Shown: positions 29,047 to 39,746, numbered from the stretch's first letter. The stretch: 64,000 nt of DNA from Dehalococcoidia bacterium (GCA_965197645.1 OZ240219.1:32001-96000), one strand, 5' to 3'. Numbers and translations are program-made. The notes: generated by a model from the sequence alone, not told the origin.

Positions 29047-30033
29047 CTAGAAATCGAAGCGGGTGCCCACGCCGTTGCGGACTGCCAGCTTGTACACGTA
29101 TTGAGCGGTCGAGATGTCCTGGATCGAGAGCCCCACGCTCTTGAAGAAGGTGACCTCCTGGTCCGACTCCCGACCTTTCTTTGCACCAGTAATGAGTTCT
29201 CCAAGCCCACAGTAAACGTCCTCCGGGCTGAGAGCGCCCTCGGCGATGGGGATCTTCAGGTCTCCCGCTTCCGCCAGCGAAGCAGGGGTATGGTCACACA
29301 CGATTTTCGACCGCACGGCTGTCCTGGTGTCCAGCTCTCTGACATCCGGGGTGTGGGCGCCGACGCCGTTGATATGGGTGCCGGGCTTGACCCAGTCCCA
29401 GTCGACTATCGGGGTTGCCGCGGTGGTCGCCAGGGCGAGTACGTCGGAACTCTCGACCAGCTGACGGGAACTCATTGTTACCTCAACGGGGATACCCAGC
29501 ATGTCGCTAGCCTCCCGGGCGAACTGCTCCTGCTCGTCCGGGGAGCTGGTGGAGAAGCAGAGGGCCTTGTCGAGGTTGCAGACGGTGGCCATGGCCCACA
29601 GCTGAGTCCTGGCCTGGACCCCCGTACCCAGCACCCCGGCCACCCGGGAACCCTCTCTTGCCAGAATCTTGGTGGCGAGGCCGGAGATAGCCCCGGTCCT
29701 CACGGCGGTGAGATATGAGGCGTCCATGATGCAGATGGTCTGTCCAGTGGTCTCATCCAAGAGGACTATCGTCGCCAGCGTGGCGGGGAGGTTGTGCCTG
29801 GAGGGGTTGTCTTTGTAGACGGTGACCGCCTTGATTCCCAATGCTCCCGCGCTCTTGAGCTGGGCCGGCATGAAAGCAAACCAGCCGTTGTGGTCCGGGT
29901 CGGTTACGGCGATGCGCTGGGGCATCAAGGCGGTGCCGCCGGCGAGCTCGGAGAAGGCCTCTTCCATCAGGAGTATCGCCTGGTCCATGCTCAACAGTCG
30001 CTTGACATCCTCACCACTTAGAAGCAAGGCCAT
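29047..30033 (-). CDS. Ornithine cyclodeaminase/mu-crystallin (alanine dehydrogenase-like)
   Basis: LTAVRTGA, GTGVQA, HINGVG, FKSVG. Confidence 0.93.
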   Translation of the reverse strand: MALLLSGEDVKRLLSMDQAILLMEEAFSELAGGTALMPQRIAVTDPDHNGWFAFMPAQLKSAGALGIKAVTVYKDNPSRHNLPATLATIVLLDETTGQTICIMDASYLTAVRTGAISGLATKILAREGSRVAGVLGTGVQARTQLWAMATVCNLDKALCFSTSSPDEQEQFAREASDMLGIPVEVTMSSRQLVESSDVLALATTAATPIVDWDWVKPGTHINGVGAHTPDVRELDTRTAVRSKIVCDHTPASLAEAGDLKIPIAEGALSPEDVYCGLGELITGAKKGRESDQEVTFFKSVGLSIQDISTAQYVYKLAVRNGVGTRFDF

Positions 30034-30146
30034 GTCACACTCCATCTCCCGAATCATCCGGGGGGTTCTTCTCGTGATATAGTTCCAAAGCCCGGTTGGA
30101 GAGAATACTACCAGACGAAACACGAGGCTAGATACGAGGGGACGCC

Positions 30147-31073
30147 ATGAGTGATATCCACGTAGGAGTGAGCGCGGGGGACGAGTTCACACAGCTGGGG
30201 GGCCTGGCTGCACACGCAGAGCAGCTGGGATTCGAGTCCATCTGGACCGGTGAGCACATGACCAACTTCGGGCCAAACCTGTCCGGCATTCCGGTGATGG
30301 CGACCTTCGCCAGCTGTACCAAGACCATGAAGGTGGGCGCCGCCATCACTCTGTTTCCCCTGCGGCACCCGACGGTGGTAGCCAAGGAGATCTCGACGCT
30401 TGACATCATATCGGGCGGAAGGATCATATTCGGCATAGGGATAGGCGGAGAGAACCCGAAAGAGTTCGAGGCCTGCGGCATTGACGTCCGGGAGCGGGGG
30501 CCGAGGACCGACGAAGGTCTCGAGCTGGTACGTAAGCTGTGGACAGGCGAGCCGGTGACCCACAAGGGACGCTTTTTCGAGATGGAAGACATCGTGATGG
30601 AACCGACTCCAGTACAGAAGCCCGGCCCTCCGATATACGTGGCGGGCCGCCGGGACGGCGCCATGCGCAGGGCCGTGATGCACGGCGACGGCTGGTTCCC
30701 CTATCTCTACGACCCCGATAGATACAGGCAAAGCGTGGACAGGATACGGGAGGTTGCAGCGGAGAAGGACAGGGACCTATCGAACTTCGGTTGGGCCCTC
30801 TACCAGTTCATCGCCATTGAGGACACCTACGAGAGGGCACTGGAGATAGGAATCGAAAATCTGGGAGGGAACTATAACCAGGATTTCACTTCCATCGCTC
30901 CCAGGTATGCGGCCCTGGGCACGGCGGACCAGTGCCTGGAGCGGTTGCACCAGTTCTACGAAGCCGGTGCCCGAGAGTTCGTGCTGGCGCCGATGACTCA
31001 CCAAGGAGAAAACGTAGCCTCCAAGCTGGAGCAGATGGCCGAAGACCTTTTGCCGGCGATTAAAGGGTTTTAA
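30147..31073 (+). CDS. LLM-class flavin/F420-dependent oxidoreductase
   Basis: GFESIWTGEH, LDIISGGR, PVQKPGPPIYVAG. Confidence 0.93.
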   Translation: MSDIHVGVSAGDEFTQLGGLAAHAEQLGFESIWTGEHMTNFGPNLSGIPVMATFASCTKTMKVGAAITLFPLRHPTVVAKEISTLDIISGGRIIFGIGIGGENPKEFEACGIDVRERGPRTDEGLELVRKLWTGEPVTHKGRFFEMEDIVMEPTPVQKPGPPIYVAGRRDGAMRRAVMHGDGWFPYLYDPDRYRQSVDRIREVAAEKDRDLSNFGWALYQFIAIEDTYERALEIGIENLGGNYNQDFTSIAPRYAALGTADQCLERLHQFYEAGAREFVLAPMTHQGENVASKLEQMAEDLLPAIKGF

Positions 31074-31090
31074 CGGGTCAACGACATAAG

Positions 31091-31240
31091 GGGTGTGCAG
31101 AGGGGCGAAGCTCTTTGTCCAGGACAGAGTGCTTGGGGCCGGGAGTCTGAGGGCCTGCCCTGAGCCCACCGAAGGGGTGTCCCTCAGATTTTAATCAACA
31201 CCCCCTTCCTAGCCAGGAAGGGGCCCCGGGGGATGGTCGC
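31091..31240. repeat. Composite palindromic intergenic repeat (REP/MITE-like)
   Basis: TCTGAGGG..CCCTCAGA stem enclosing CCTGAGCCCACCGAAGG, plus a CCCCTTCCT..AGGAAGGGG stem; resembles the 43780 and 48071 copies. Confidence 0.55.
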
Positions 31241-31260
31241 GAAGGTTCTTCAGAACCCCC

Positions 31261-32034
31261 CTAGTGGAACTTGGGGTCTCGTTTCTCTCGGAAGGCGGTT
31301 ACAGCCTCGCGGAACTCGGCTGTGTCCATGCCCTTGTTAAAGGTGACCGACTCTTCGGCGTCTATGGCATCGAAGTCTCTGGAGACAGCATTCTCGCGAA
31401 GCAACCGTTTCGTTTCGGCCAGATGCCAAACGGGCGCCTCCGCAATGGTCTGGGCCAGCTCTACTGCCCGGTCCACAAGCTCCTCCTTGGGATAGACCTG
31501 CAGCACCAGCCCCATCTCCTTGGCCTCCTGCCCGGTGAAGAAGCGGGCCGTAAGCATCAGCTCGGTGGCTCTGCCCAGGCCGACCAGCTTGGGGAGCATA
31601 TGGGTGCTCCCCAGCTCGGGCGTGATGCCGAGACGAACGAACCGGAAGGACATCCTGGCATCGGGGTCGGCGAGACGAATATCGCACAGGAGGGTATGAG
31701 TAAGGCCTATTCCCACGGCCACGCCATTGATGGCGCAGATGATCGGTTTGGAGATACTGCGGAACGTCTGGGCCCAACCCTCGGCCTCGCCGTCGGATGC
31801 CGTGTGGCCGCTTATCCTCTGTTCGAAGTTGGCGATGTCGGCGCCGGCGCTGTAGGCCCTACCCTCGCCGGTGAGCACGATGGCTCCCACGCTATCGTCC
31901 GAGTTCCACTCCCTCAGCTGCCCAAAAAGCTCGTCCCGCATGGTAGAGCCTATGGCGTTCAGCCTATCGGGCTGGTTCAGCTTGATGATTCCAGCTCGAC
32001 CTCTGGTCTCGACGATTATCTGTTCATGGCTCAT
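31261..32034 (-). CDS. Enoyl-CoA hydratase/isomerase
   Basis: YSAGADI, AINGVAVGIG, LGITPELG. Confidence 0.95.
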   Translation of the reverse strand: MSHEQIIVETRGRAGIIKLNQPDRLNAIGSTMRDELFGQLREWNSDDSVGAIVLTGEGRAYSAGADIANFEQRISGHTASDGEAEGWAQTFRSISKPIICAINGVAVGIGLTHTLLCDIRLADPDARMSFRFVRLGITPELGSTHMLPKLVGLGRATELMLTARFFTGQEAKEMGLVLQVYPKEELVDRAVELAQTIAEAPVWHLAETKRLLRENAVSRDFDAIDAEESVTFNKGMDTAEFREAVTAFREKRDPKFH

Positions 32035-32079
32035 GGTTCGACCCTCTCCTTATGTCCCGAAACAGATTAGTCCCGGTGG

Positions 32080-32592
32080 TTACAGGGGTGTCCCATAGGT
32101 CTCCGAGAAGGTAATGTCTGATAGCTCCTTGCGACGTTTTCCTCGGCCGTCCCCCTCATCCAGCCTGTAACCGAAGGGCACGACGGTAATCAGCTCCGCC
32201 TCGGCTGGTACATTGAGAATCTCCTTCACCTTGCGCATCTCCTCGTCGGTGAACAGGGTGACGAAACAGGTGCCCATGCCTTCCGCCCAGGCGACCAGCT
32301 CCATCTGCTGCAGAGCTCTTCCCGCGTCCAGTCCGGGGCTGTCGGCGTTCACCATGACGATGGCGATTGCCAGGGGAGCATCGGCAAGAAAGGACCCGGT
32401 GTTCGCCGCTTCCCCCAGCTTGCGCAGGGTCTCACGGTCTCGTATGACGATGAATTTCCAGGGCTGCTGGTTCCGCGAGCTGGGCGTCCAGCGTGCGGCG
32501 TTCAGCAGTTTGGTTACAAGGTGATCGGGCACCGGGTCCGGCTTGAACCGCCTTACGGTGAGGCGGGAACGAACGCATTCGTAAATTTCCAT
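32080..32592 (-). CDS. Nitroreductase family
   Basis: RLTVRRF, TPSSRNQQPW, AEGMGTC. Confidence 0.92.
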   Translation of the reverse strand: MEIYECVRSRLTVRRFKPDPVPDHLVTKLLNAARWTPSSRNQQPWKFIVIRDRETLRKLGEAANTGSFLADAPLAIAIVMVNADSPGLDAGRALQQMELVAWAEGMGTCFVTLFTDEEMRKVKEILNVPAEAELITVVPFGYRLDEGDGRGKRRKELSDITFSETYGTPL

Positions 32593-32613
32593 AGCAGGCT
32601 CCTCGGTGATTCC

Positions 32614-33237
32614 CTAGTTCTCCTCGTCCGTGAATCCCGCCTTGGCGTGGGTCCCGTCGCAGAAGGGCTTGTTCTTGGACTGGCCGCAACGGCACAGGGT
32701 GTAATGCTCGGCTGAGGCGCCCTCCATCTTCGGAACGTCCCTCAGCTCGACGCCGCCGGTAACGTGGTAAGGGCCGTTGCTGGATACGTCGATGGCGGGG
32801 CCTCGTTGCTCCTCGTTGTATCTCACATCGTCTATGGAGTAGCTGATGGCGCCCGATGGACAGTCCTGCACAGCCTTGACTATGGCATCGAAGTCCGCCC
32901 GGTCGGCATCGACACCCTCCTTGAACCTGAATGCAAGGCAATGACCGGCGTGGGAGCACAGCCCCCGATTGTCGTGGATCGTTATCTTCTTGCCGGCAAA
33001 GGTGTCCAGGCGGTCCCGGCTCTTGGCGCTGAGATTCTCGCCCGAAAAGCCGATGCTGGCGTGGGTCCCATCGCAATAGGGCTTGTTGGCGGACCCGCCG
33101 CAGCGACAAAGAGCTATGGTGCGCTGGCATTCCATGCTCTCGCCTCTGGAGTTGTGCAGCGTTTCCAGATACCGGACGATGTATGGGCCGTTCTCTGAAC
33201 ACTCTATGGAAGGGTTCTTGCTCTTTGATTCGGACAC
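32614..33237 (-). CDS. Dual CDGSH iron-sulfur protein with a central 4Fe-4S-like domain
   Basis: LCRCGGSANKPYCDGTH and LCRCGQSKNKPFCDGTH; CSHAGHC..CPSGA. Confidence 0.92.
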   Translation of the reverse strand: MSESKSKNPSIECSENGPYIVRYLETLHNSRGESMECQRTIALCRCGGSANKPYCDGTHASIGFSGENLSAKSRDRLDTFAGKKITIHDNRGLCSHAGHCLAFRFKEGVDADRADFDAIVKAVQDCPSGAISYSIDDVRYNEEQRGPAIDVSSNGPYHVTGGVELRDVPKMEGASAEHYTLCRCGQSKNKPFCDGTHAKAGFTDEEN

Positions 33238-33315
33238 TTTCTCCGCCTCCTCTGGTGGGTTGAAGTCCCGCGGGAAACGCGGCCATGATAGCACAACGGC
33301 AGCCGGACTCGACGG

Positions 33316-34572
33316 TCAAGCTTTAGCAGGCGATGGTCCGGTCACTACCAGGTCCCATCGCCTCGGCAGCAGGAGGGCTCCGACGGTCATGGCAACGGTT
33401 GCGAGGCTGGTGACCGTAAGGGCGGTCCTCAGATCGCCGGTGGACTGGTGCAGACCACCGGCGATGATCGGTCCCAGAAAAGCTCCCAGCCAGACCAGGG
33501 TCTGTTGAAAAGTGACGGCCACCACCACCTCTCTGGCTTTGATGCCCTTCAGCTCGAAGGGGATGGTCATGGTGATGGGGAAAAAGGTCCACCCCAGGGC
33601 GTTGGCCAGCTCAATCAGCGCCAGCAATGGATAAGACCCTGTCAGCAGCAACCCGACGGAGGACGCCGCCAGGAGGACCCCGGTAATGGCCAGAACCTGC
33701 CGTTTCCGGCCTATCTTCCTCACGAGCAGACCCATGCCTATCCCGGCGACGGCTGAGACGCCACCCCCCAGCGCCGACAGTGTAGCGGTTGTCTTTAGGG
33801 ACATTCCATACTCTTCCAGCATGTAGGTGGGCCAGAATGTCCCGATGGCCGAGAAGTTGATGCCGATCCCGAACATCCCGAGGCCTAGGAGCCACAGCTC
33901 TCGGTACCTCAAGATGGTCTTCAGAGGATTGGGGCCTTGGGACTGTAGCTCCGCTTCGTACTCCGGCGTTCTTCGCTCTCGACCCATTATCTGCCACAGG
34001 ATGGCCAAGGTCAGAGACACCCCGCCGAATATGAAGTAGGTGTTTCGCCAGTTGCCATCCATCAGATCCAGGACCAGGGGTGTAAGGACGTACCCCAGGG
34101 CCACTATGCCGAACATCAGGTTGCTGAGGGCGTTTACCACCACTATCTCTCTGGTCTGCACCCACTGCCGGATCAAGAGGACCCTCGCCGGCTCCCTGGC
34201 GATGGAGGCGACGCCGTAGGCAAACCTCCCGAACACCAGCACCGCAAAGACGGGGGACCATCCCTGGAAGAAGACCAGGCCGGCAGCGATGAAAAGACAT
34301 ACGGAGGTCAGCAGCTTGGGCCGGAATCTGGACAGGAGCCATCCAGCCGGAATCGCCAGGAGGATATTGCCGATGCGGGGCGCGGAGCCGAGGAATCCCG
34401 CCTTGAGGGGTGAGAGGCCAAACTCCTCTGTAATGCTGGGAAGCAGGAATCCCAGGCTCTCCAGGATGACGAAACCCCAGACGTGAGCGGTCATCCACAT
34501 CAACATGACCGCCCATCGGTATCCCGTAGGCGCTTCAGTAGTAGGACCGGTTGTCATAGCCTGTGGCATCAT
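33316..34572 (-). CDS. MFS transporter
   Basis: About 12 hydrophobic segments in MFS spacing. Confidence 0.88.
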   Translation of the reverse strand: MMPQAMTTGPTTEAPTGYRWAVMLMWMTAHVWGFVILESLGFLLPSITEEFGLSPLKAGFLGSAPRIGNILLAIPAGWLLSRFRPKLLTSVCLFIAAGLVFFQGWSPVFAVLVFGRFAYGVASIAREPARVLLIRQWVQTREIVVVNALSNLMFGIVALGYVLTPLVLDLMDGNWRNTYFIFGGVSLTLAILWQIMGRERRTPEYEAELQSQGPNPLKTILRYRELWLLGLGMFGIGINFSAIGTFWPTYMLEEYGMSLKTTATLSALGGGVSAVAGIGMGLLVRKIGRKRQVLAITGVLLAASSVGLLLTGSYPLLALIELANALGWTFFPITMTIPFELKGIKAREVVVAVTFQQTLVWLGAFLGPIIAGGLHQSTGDLRTALTVTSLATVAMTVGALLLPRRWDLVVTGPSPAKA

Positions 34573-34702
34573 ACTCCGTAGGCCGCGGAAAAAGAACGAG
34601 CGGCGCAGGTTCGAGTTGACAAATCCGAGGGCCGCTATCTAGTATCATCCCGTCGTCTTCAATGCATCTCGTTTGCTAGAACGGCCGGGAGGAGAAAAGC
34701 CG

Positions 34703-35842
34703 ATGAAATACGAGATCATCTCCAGCGATTCCCACATAGACTTGACCTGGCTTCCCGCAGACCTATTCGTTTCCGACGCGCCGCAAGAGTGGAAGGAGAA
34801 GGTGCCGCACGTGGTGGAGACCGATGCCGGCAAGTCCTGGCTAGCGGACGGCGCCGACCTCGGCGGTGTGGGAGGATCGGGCTTCACCGGCAACAAGGTG
34901 AAGGCCGGTTACTCCAAGCACGAAGACCGGATGATCGAAACGGGGTTCTACTCGGACGGAGCAAAAGGGATATTTCGGCCCACCACTCCCGAGCTTCGGA
35001 TTAAGGACCAGGAGATGGACGGCATCCATGCCGAGGTCATCTACGGAATACTGGGAGTGGGACAGCGCCTGGGAGAGCCGGATCTGACAAACTACGTGTT
35101 CAAGACCTACAACACTTGGGTGGCGGATTTCGCCAAGTCCAACCCGGACCGGTTCGCCGCGCTGGCATGCATTCCCAATCACTCGCCCGAGATAGCGGCA
35201 GAGGAGCTGAAACGGGCCGCCGGTCTGGGGCTCAGGGGAGCGGACTTCTGGGTCGCCTCAACCCTGAAGCCGGTCTACTATCGAGACTGGGACCCCCTGT
35301 GGGCCGCCGCGGCGGAAAGCCACATGCCCATCTCCTTCCACACCCTCGGCCTGTCTCCCCGGGAGCCGGACCAGGCCGAGGCCCAGACCTATGACCTCAC
35401 CTACAGGGCTATCCGCATCACCATGTTCCAGCTATCGGGCATCGAGTACATGGCAAGCGTCATATTCTCCGGCGCCTGCGACCGGCATCCCGACCTCAAG
35501 TTCGTGCTGGGCGAAGCCGGGATAAGCTGGATACCCTACGTGCTGGACCGGATGGACCACGAGTACGACGACCGCTACTACCAGCTCAACCTGAGCATGA
35601 GGCCCAGTGAGTTCTGGGCCCGCCAGGGCTATTCCACGTACCAGAAGGAAGGGATAGCCGGCGAGATAGTGTCGCTCATCGGCGAGGACAACGTCCTGTG
35701 GGGGTCCGACTATCCCCACCCCGACGGTGTGTGGCCCGACTCCCTCAAGGTGATCGAGGACAACCTGGGAGGCCTGGACGAAGGGACGAAGCGCAAGATC
35801 ACACGGGACAACGCCGGCAAGCTGTACGGGTTTTTCAACTAG
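34703..35842 (+). CDS. Amidohydrolase_2 family protein (paralog of 17993)
   Basis: SSDSHI, ISFHT, WGSDYPHPDGVWPDS; upstream TTGACA at 34616. Confidence 0.92.
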   Translation: MKYEIISSDSHIDLTWLPADLFVSDAPQEWKEKVPHVVETDAGKSWLADGADLGGVGGSGFTGNKVKAGYSKHEDRMIETGFYSDGAKGIFRPTTPELRIKDQEMDGIHAEVIYGILGVGQRLGEPDLTNYVFKTYNTWVADFAKSNPDRFAALACIPNHSPEIAAEELKRAAGLGLRGADFWVASTLKPVYYRDWDPLWAAAAESHMPISFHTLGLSPREPDQAEAQTYDLTYRAIRITMFQLSGIEYMASVIFSGACDRHPDLKFVLGEAGISWIPYVLDRMDHEYDDRYYQLNLSMRPSEFWARQGYSTYQKEGIAGEIVSLIGEDNVLWGSDYPHPDGVWPDSLKVIEDNLGGLDEGTKRKITRDNAGKLYGFFN

Positions 35843-35861
35843 ACCTTAGACCATCCGCATC

Positions 35862-36356
35862 ATGAATTTCGAAGCTTCGATCTTCATACACACGCTGTCG
35901 GCCATAGTTTGGGCAGGCGGAGTCATCTTCCTAGCGGTGGTGATGGTACCGCTCTCCAGGCAGCTTCAGGACCCGCCAGGTATCGGCATACGCATCCTCC
36001 AATCTACGGCACGCCGGTTCAGGCTGGTGGCGTGGGTCTCCCTGCTGATCCTCATCGTCTCAGGGATCTGGGTGCTGGAGGAGCGAGGCATCAGCTTTCC
36101 CGACGTGTTCACCGGTGACGGCCCCTTCTTCGATGCCTTGCGCATCAAGGTGATCCTGGTGCTGGTGCTGATTGTTCTCAGCATACTGCACGATTTCATC
36201 CTGGGGCCGAGGCTGGCGCGCAAGATGGAGGGGACAAACCTATCAATCGAAACGGCTGCCGCGGTCCAGCGACAAAGGATGGCAGTCTCCTGGCTGGCGC
36301 GGCTGAACCTGCTGCTGGCGCTGGCCATCGTAGCTTTTGGGACCATCCTGTCCTAG
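35862..36356 (+). CDS. CopD/DUF4149-like membrane protein
   Basis: HTLSAIVWAGG..LHDFILGP; 4 TM. Confidence 0.75.
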   Translation: MNFEASIFIHTLSAIVWAGGVIFLAVVMVPLSRQLQDPPGIGIRILQSTARRFRLVAWVSLLILIVSGIWVLEERGISFPDVFTGDGPFFDALRIKVILVLVLIVLSILHDFILGPRLARKMEGTNLSIETAAAVQRQRMAVSWLARLNLLLALAIVAFGTILS

Positions 36357-36418
36357 CGCCCGCCGGACCAAGGTGGGCATTACAGGGCCAGGTGAGTTAG
36401 GGCGAGTCATTATTCTCT

Positions 36419-36447
36419 TTGACACCGTCAGACCGCGTCGGTAACAT
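36419..36447 (+). promoter_or_regulatory. Sigma70-type promoter
   Basis: TTGACA-N17-TAACAT upstream of 36482. Confidence 0.5.
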
Positions 36448-36481
36448 GTTGGCCTAACCCCACCATCGGAGCCGGTCCTCT

Positions 36482-38008
36482 ATGGCAACTTCAATCATTC
36501 GCGGCAGATACCTGGTCACCCGGGCAGGCGACGATTCTTCCCAGGTCATTTCGGACGGCGCTCTGTACCAGCGGGACGGGGTGATAGAGGACGTCGGCGA
36601 CTACAATGGGATCAAGGACAGGCATCAGGCGGACGTCGAGATCGGCGGTGACAAATTCCTGGTTATTCCCGGCCTCGTGAACTCCCATCACCACGGAAAG
36701 GGGGTCACCGGATTCCAGCTGGGGAGCCTGGACGACCAGCTGGAGTACTGGATAATCGATGCCTGGGCCCACAAAGGCAGAGACCATTACCTGGACACGG
36801 TCTACTCGTGCATGAACCTGGTGCGCTCGGGTACGACTACCGTAATGTTCAACCACACGCCCGGCGTCGCGGAGACGTTGGACGAAGACTGCCGGCGGAT
36901 CCTCGAAGGGATAAGAAGCGTTGGTGTTAGGGCTGCATACTCCACCTACCTTGAGAACCAGTACCGGATAGTGGCCGAAGAAGACCAATCGTTCCTCTCC
37001 CAATTGCCTTCAGAACTCGCGGGCCGGGTGAAGAAGCACCTCTCCAGCACGTACGTCTCCGACGATCAGTACCTGGACTCCTTTAGTAGCATGCATGAGG
37101 AGTGGGACGACGGCGCCAAGCTGCGTATCTTTCTAGCGCCGGCCAATGCCCACTGGGTTTCGGACGAAATGCTCCAGAGGATGAAGGAGTATGCCGGCCG
37201 GTTGGATACCGGTATCCATATTCATCTGGTGGAGAACGTCTACGAGAAGCTGATCGGTATCAAGAGGTTCGGAGAGACTCCCATGGAGCACCTGGATAGG
37301 TTGGGCTTCCTGGGAAACGAGGTGTCCCTTGCCCATGGCGTGTGGCTCACCGACAGAGACATGGAGTTGGCAGCGGAGCACGGTGTCTCCGTATGCCATA
37401 ACCCCAGCTCCAATCTGCGCCTGAAGTCGGGAATCGCTCCGGTGCCGGTGATGCTGGCCAAGGGCGTGAACGTGGGCATCGGCACCGACGGCTACTCGAT
37501 AAACGACGACGAGGACATCCTGCAGGAGATGCGGCTGGCCCATATGCTTCACAATCCTCCGGGCGCCGCCTCGCCGTCTCTCACTTCCCACCAGATGCTG
37601 AAGATGACTACGGTGAACGGCGCCAAGACGACCTCGTTCCCTGACGTCGGGGCGTTGGAAAAGGGCATGAGGGCCGACGCCGTGCTTGTCCGGCTGGACA
37701 GACTGACGGAGCCCTACCTGGACCCAGACGCAAGCATCGTGGACGCGCTGGTGTACCGGGGCAGGGCGCAGGACGTGGATACGGTGGTCATCGACGGTGA
37801 GGTGGTGCTGCGCGATGGCCGATTCGTCAACATAGACGAAGAGGACGTGAAGGCCCGTCTGAAGGAGGGCCTCGAACGGCCTCCAACGGAGAATGAAGTT
37901 GCCACTGCTCGGACTGTCCGTGACATGATGCCCTACGTGAAGCGGTTCTACGAGAGCTGGGACATCGGCGAGCAGGTCCCCTACTTCAAGTATCACAGCT
38001 CTCGGTAG
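36482..38008 (+). CDS. Metal-dependent amidohydrolase (MtaD/AtzA/SsnA deaminase type)
   Basis: PGLVNSHHH, HIHLVE, AHGVW, HNPSSNLRL, GTDG. Confidence 0.92.
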   Translation: MATSIIRGRYLVTRAGDDSSQVISDGALYQRDGVIEDVGDYNGIKDRHQADVEIGGDKFLVIPGLVNSHHHGKGVTGFQLGSLDDQLEYWIIDAWAHKGRDHYLDTVYSCMNLVRSGTTTVMFNHTPGVAETLDEDCRRILEGIRSVGVRAAYSTYLENQYRIVAEEDQSFLSQLPSELAGRVKKHLSSTYVSDDQYLDSFSSMHEEWDDGAKLRIFLAPANAHWVSDEMLQRMKEYAGRLDTGIHIHLVENVYEKLIGIKRFGETPMEHLDRLGFLGNEVSLAHGVWLTDRDMELAAEHGVSVCHNPSSNLRLKSGIAPVPVMLAKGVNVGIGTDGYSINDDEDILQEMRLAHMLHNPPGAASPSLTSHQMLKMTTVNGAKTTSFPDVGALEKGMRADAVLVRLDRLTEPYLDPDASIVDALVYRGRAQDVDTVVIDGEVVLRDGRFVNIDEEDVKARLKEGLERPPTENEVATARTVRDMMPYVKRFYESWDIGEQVPYFKYHSSR

Positions 38009-38025
38009 CTGCTCTTCGATACCAC

Positions 38026-38826
38026 ATGCCCGACAATATACTGGCCCTGGACTTCGACGGTGTAATCTGCGATAGCGCCGGGGAGTGCCTGGTGTCGTCC
38101 TACGCCGCTTTCGCCGCTGCCAAGGGGCTGGAGTTCGTTCCGGAGCTGGCCCATGTCCCCGAGCATTTCCGCCTGGAGTTCTTCCGCATCAGGCCGTTCG
38201 TGCGGGACGGCGAGGACTACCTCAAGTCCCTGTACCTCATCGATAAGGGAGTGTCTGTACAGTCTCAGGAGGACTTCGATGGAGGAGCCTCGGAGTTGCT
38301 GGCGGAGATATCGGCGTTCTACGGGGTGGAGGGAGACTGGGGGCTGGAGGCCCACTTCCAGCGCAGCCGAGCCCTGGTGAGGGAGAGGGACGAAGGCGCA
38401 TGGATGGACATGAACCCGTTGTACAGAGGTATGGCGGATGCGCTAGCCGTACGACGGGGCGATCTGGACTCGGTCTACGTGACCACGTCAAAGCCAACGG
38501 GTCCCGCCTCTATGATCTTGAAACACAATGGGGCCGGCATCCCGGAGGAACGGGTCCTGGGCAAGGACAAAGTGACCAGGACCACCGGCAAGAACGGGCA
38601 CATGGCCCTTGTGCATGAGCTTACGTCGGTCGCCTGGGAGAGGATACACCTGGTGGACGACCAGGTATCCCATCTGAAGGCGGCCTCGGCGTTGGGCGTT
38701 AGGTGCTACCTGGCCTCGTGGGGGTACAACACCCCGCAGCAGCGGCGGGAAGCAAAGGCCGAAGGCATAGAGGTGCTGCAGCAGAATGAATTGTCTTCCT
38801 GGATGGAGCGGTTGGTGGGGCGCTGA
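38026..38826 (+). CDS. HAD family hydrolase
   Basis: LDFDGVICDS, TSK, VDD, ASWGYN. Confidence 0.88.
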   Translation: MPDNILALDFDGVICDSAGECLVSSYAAFAAAKGLEFVPELAHVPEHFRLEFFRIRPFVRDGEDYLKSLYLIDKGVSVQSQEDFDGGASELLAEISAFYGVEGDWGLEAHFQRSRALVRERDEGAWMDMNPLYRGMADALAVRRGDLDSVYVTTSKPTGPASMILKHNGAGIPEERVLGKDKVTRTTGKNGHMALVHELTSVAWERIHLVDDQVSHLKAASALGVRCYLASWGYNTPQQRREAKAEGIEVLQQNELSSWMERLVGR

Positions 38827-38920
38827 GGCCCAGATCCGAGGTTACCGGAAAAAGGCAGCTATCTCCCGCTAGCCTACAAACCAAGTGCCGTATGGGGCAG
38901 GAGGGATGAGGAGGAGTACT

Positions 38921-39646
38921 ATGACCTCGATTCAAGATTTCGTTGACCACCGTTGGGCGGATGCCAAGGAAGAATTGAGGAAGGTAGACCCAGACTTCGT
39001 TAGCAAGTTGGAAAACGCAGTCCGTCTGCAGAACATCGGGCTAGAGCCCCCGTGGATAATTGACAGCAAGCGCAAATCTCGGAGATCGCTCCCCGCAGGG
39101 TGGCACCGCCTGTTAGAAGCCTGTGTTGAGTTGTTAACACAGGCGACGTACTTACACGTTGCGGCGGCCAGCCTAACTGCTGAAGCTAGCGCAGGATTGC
39201 AGAGCTACGAAGCCGGACCACGGATTGACTATCACATTCGCTCATGGTTCATTCACGGAGTTGCATTGGCTGAGCGTACGAACGATGCAATCAGGAAGAC
39301 CACAAACGTGTATTTGCCTGGTAAGGCCGGTAATGAGATTGGAAAACGCTATCAAGAACGTGTGCAGGAGTGCGTCAGCAAGCCGCTCGAAGAAAATCGA
39401 CACACGTTCGTTCACCCGAGAAGGTCTTGGGCCAGGGCTATCACAAACGATGAATCCTGGGAGGGTATGGTCGCCACTGGCATGACTGCTGCGAAATTCC
39501 TCGAGGAATTCTATTACCCAAGATCGCAAGACAGGGTGATGGAGGGTAGATACGAGGTCTTCGCCACCGAAACCGAGGAGAAACTCGCCCGTATCGGAGC
39601 GATTCTGCAGGAGTGTGAAACAGAGCTGACGAGTGGTGAGCAGTGA
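38921..39646 (+). CDS. Hypothetical protein, possible HEPN (Cthe_2314-like) RNase
   Basis: GAGGAG RBS; helical; IDYHIRSWF and RHTFVH (RxxxxH); looks more AT-rich than its neighbours. Confidence 0.55.
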   Translation: MTSIQDFVDHRWADAKEELRKVDPDFVSKLENAVRLQNIGLEPPWIIDSKRKSRRSLPAGWHRLLEACVELLTQATYLHVAAASLTAEASAGLQSYEAGPRIDYHIRSWFIHGVALAERTNDAIRKTTNVYLPGKAGNEIGKRYQERVQECVSKPLEENRHTFVHPRRSWARAITNDESWEGMVATGMTAAKFLEEFYYPRSQDRVMEGRYEVFATETEEKLARIGAILQECETELTSGEQ

Positions 39647-39746
39647 GGAACATAGCCGTCAGATGATCCAGCTTATGAGGGAATAACGAATCATGCGAAC
39701 GGCGCTACACATCAATGCGCGCGAAACCGGGGTCCCAACGCCAGGG

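Noticed and set aside
28021-29718. 565-aa + strand ORF
   Set aside because: Antisense to the acetamidase and cyclodeaminase genes; no recognisable motifs.
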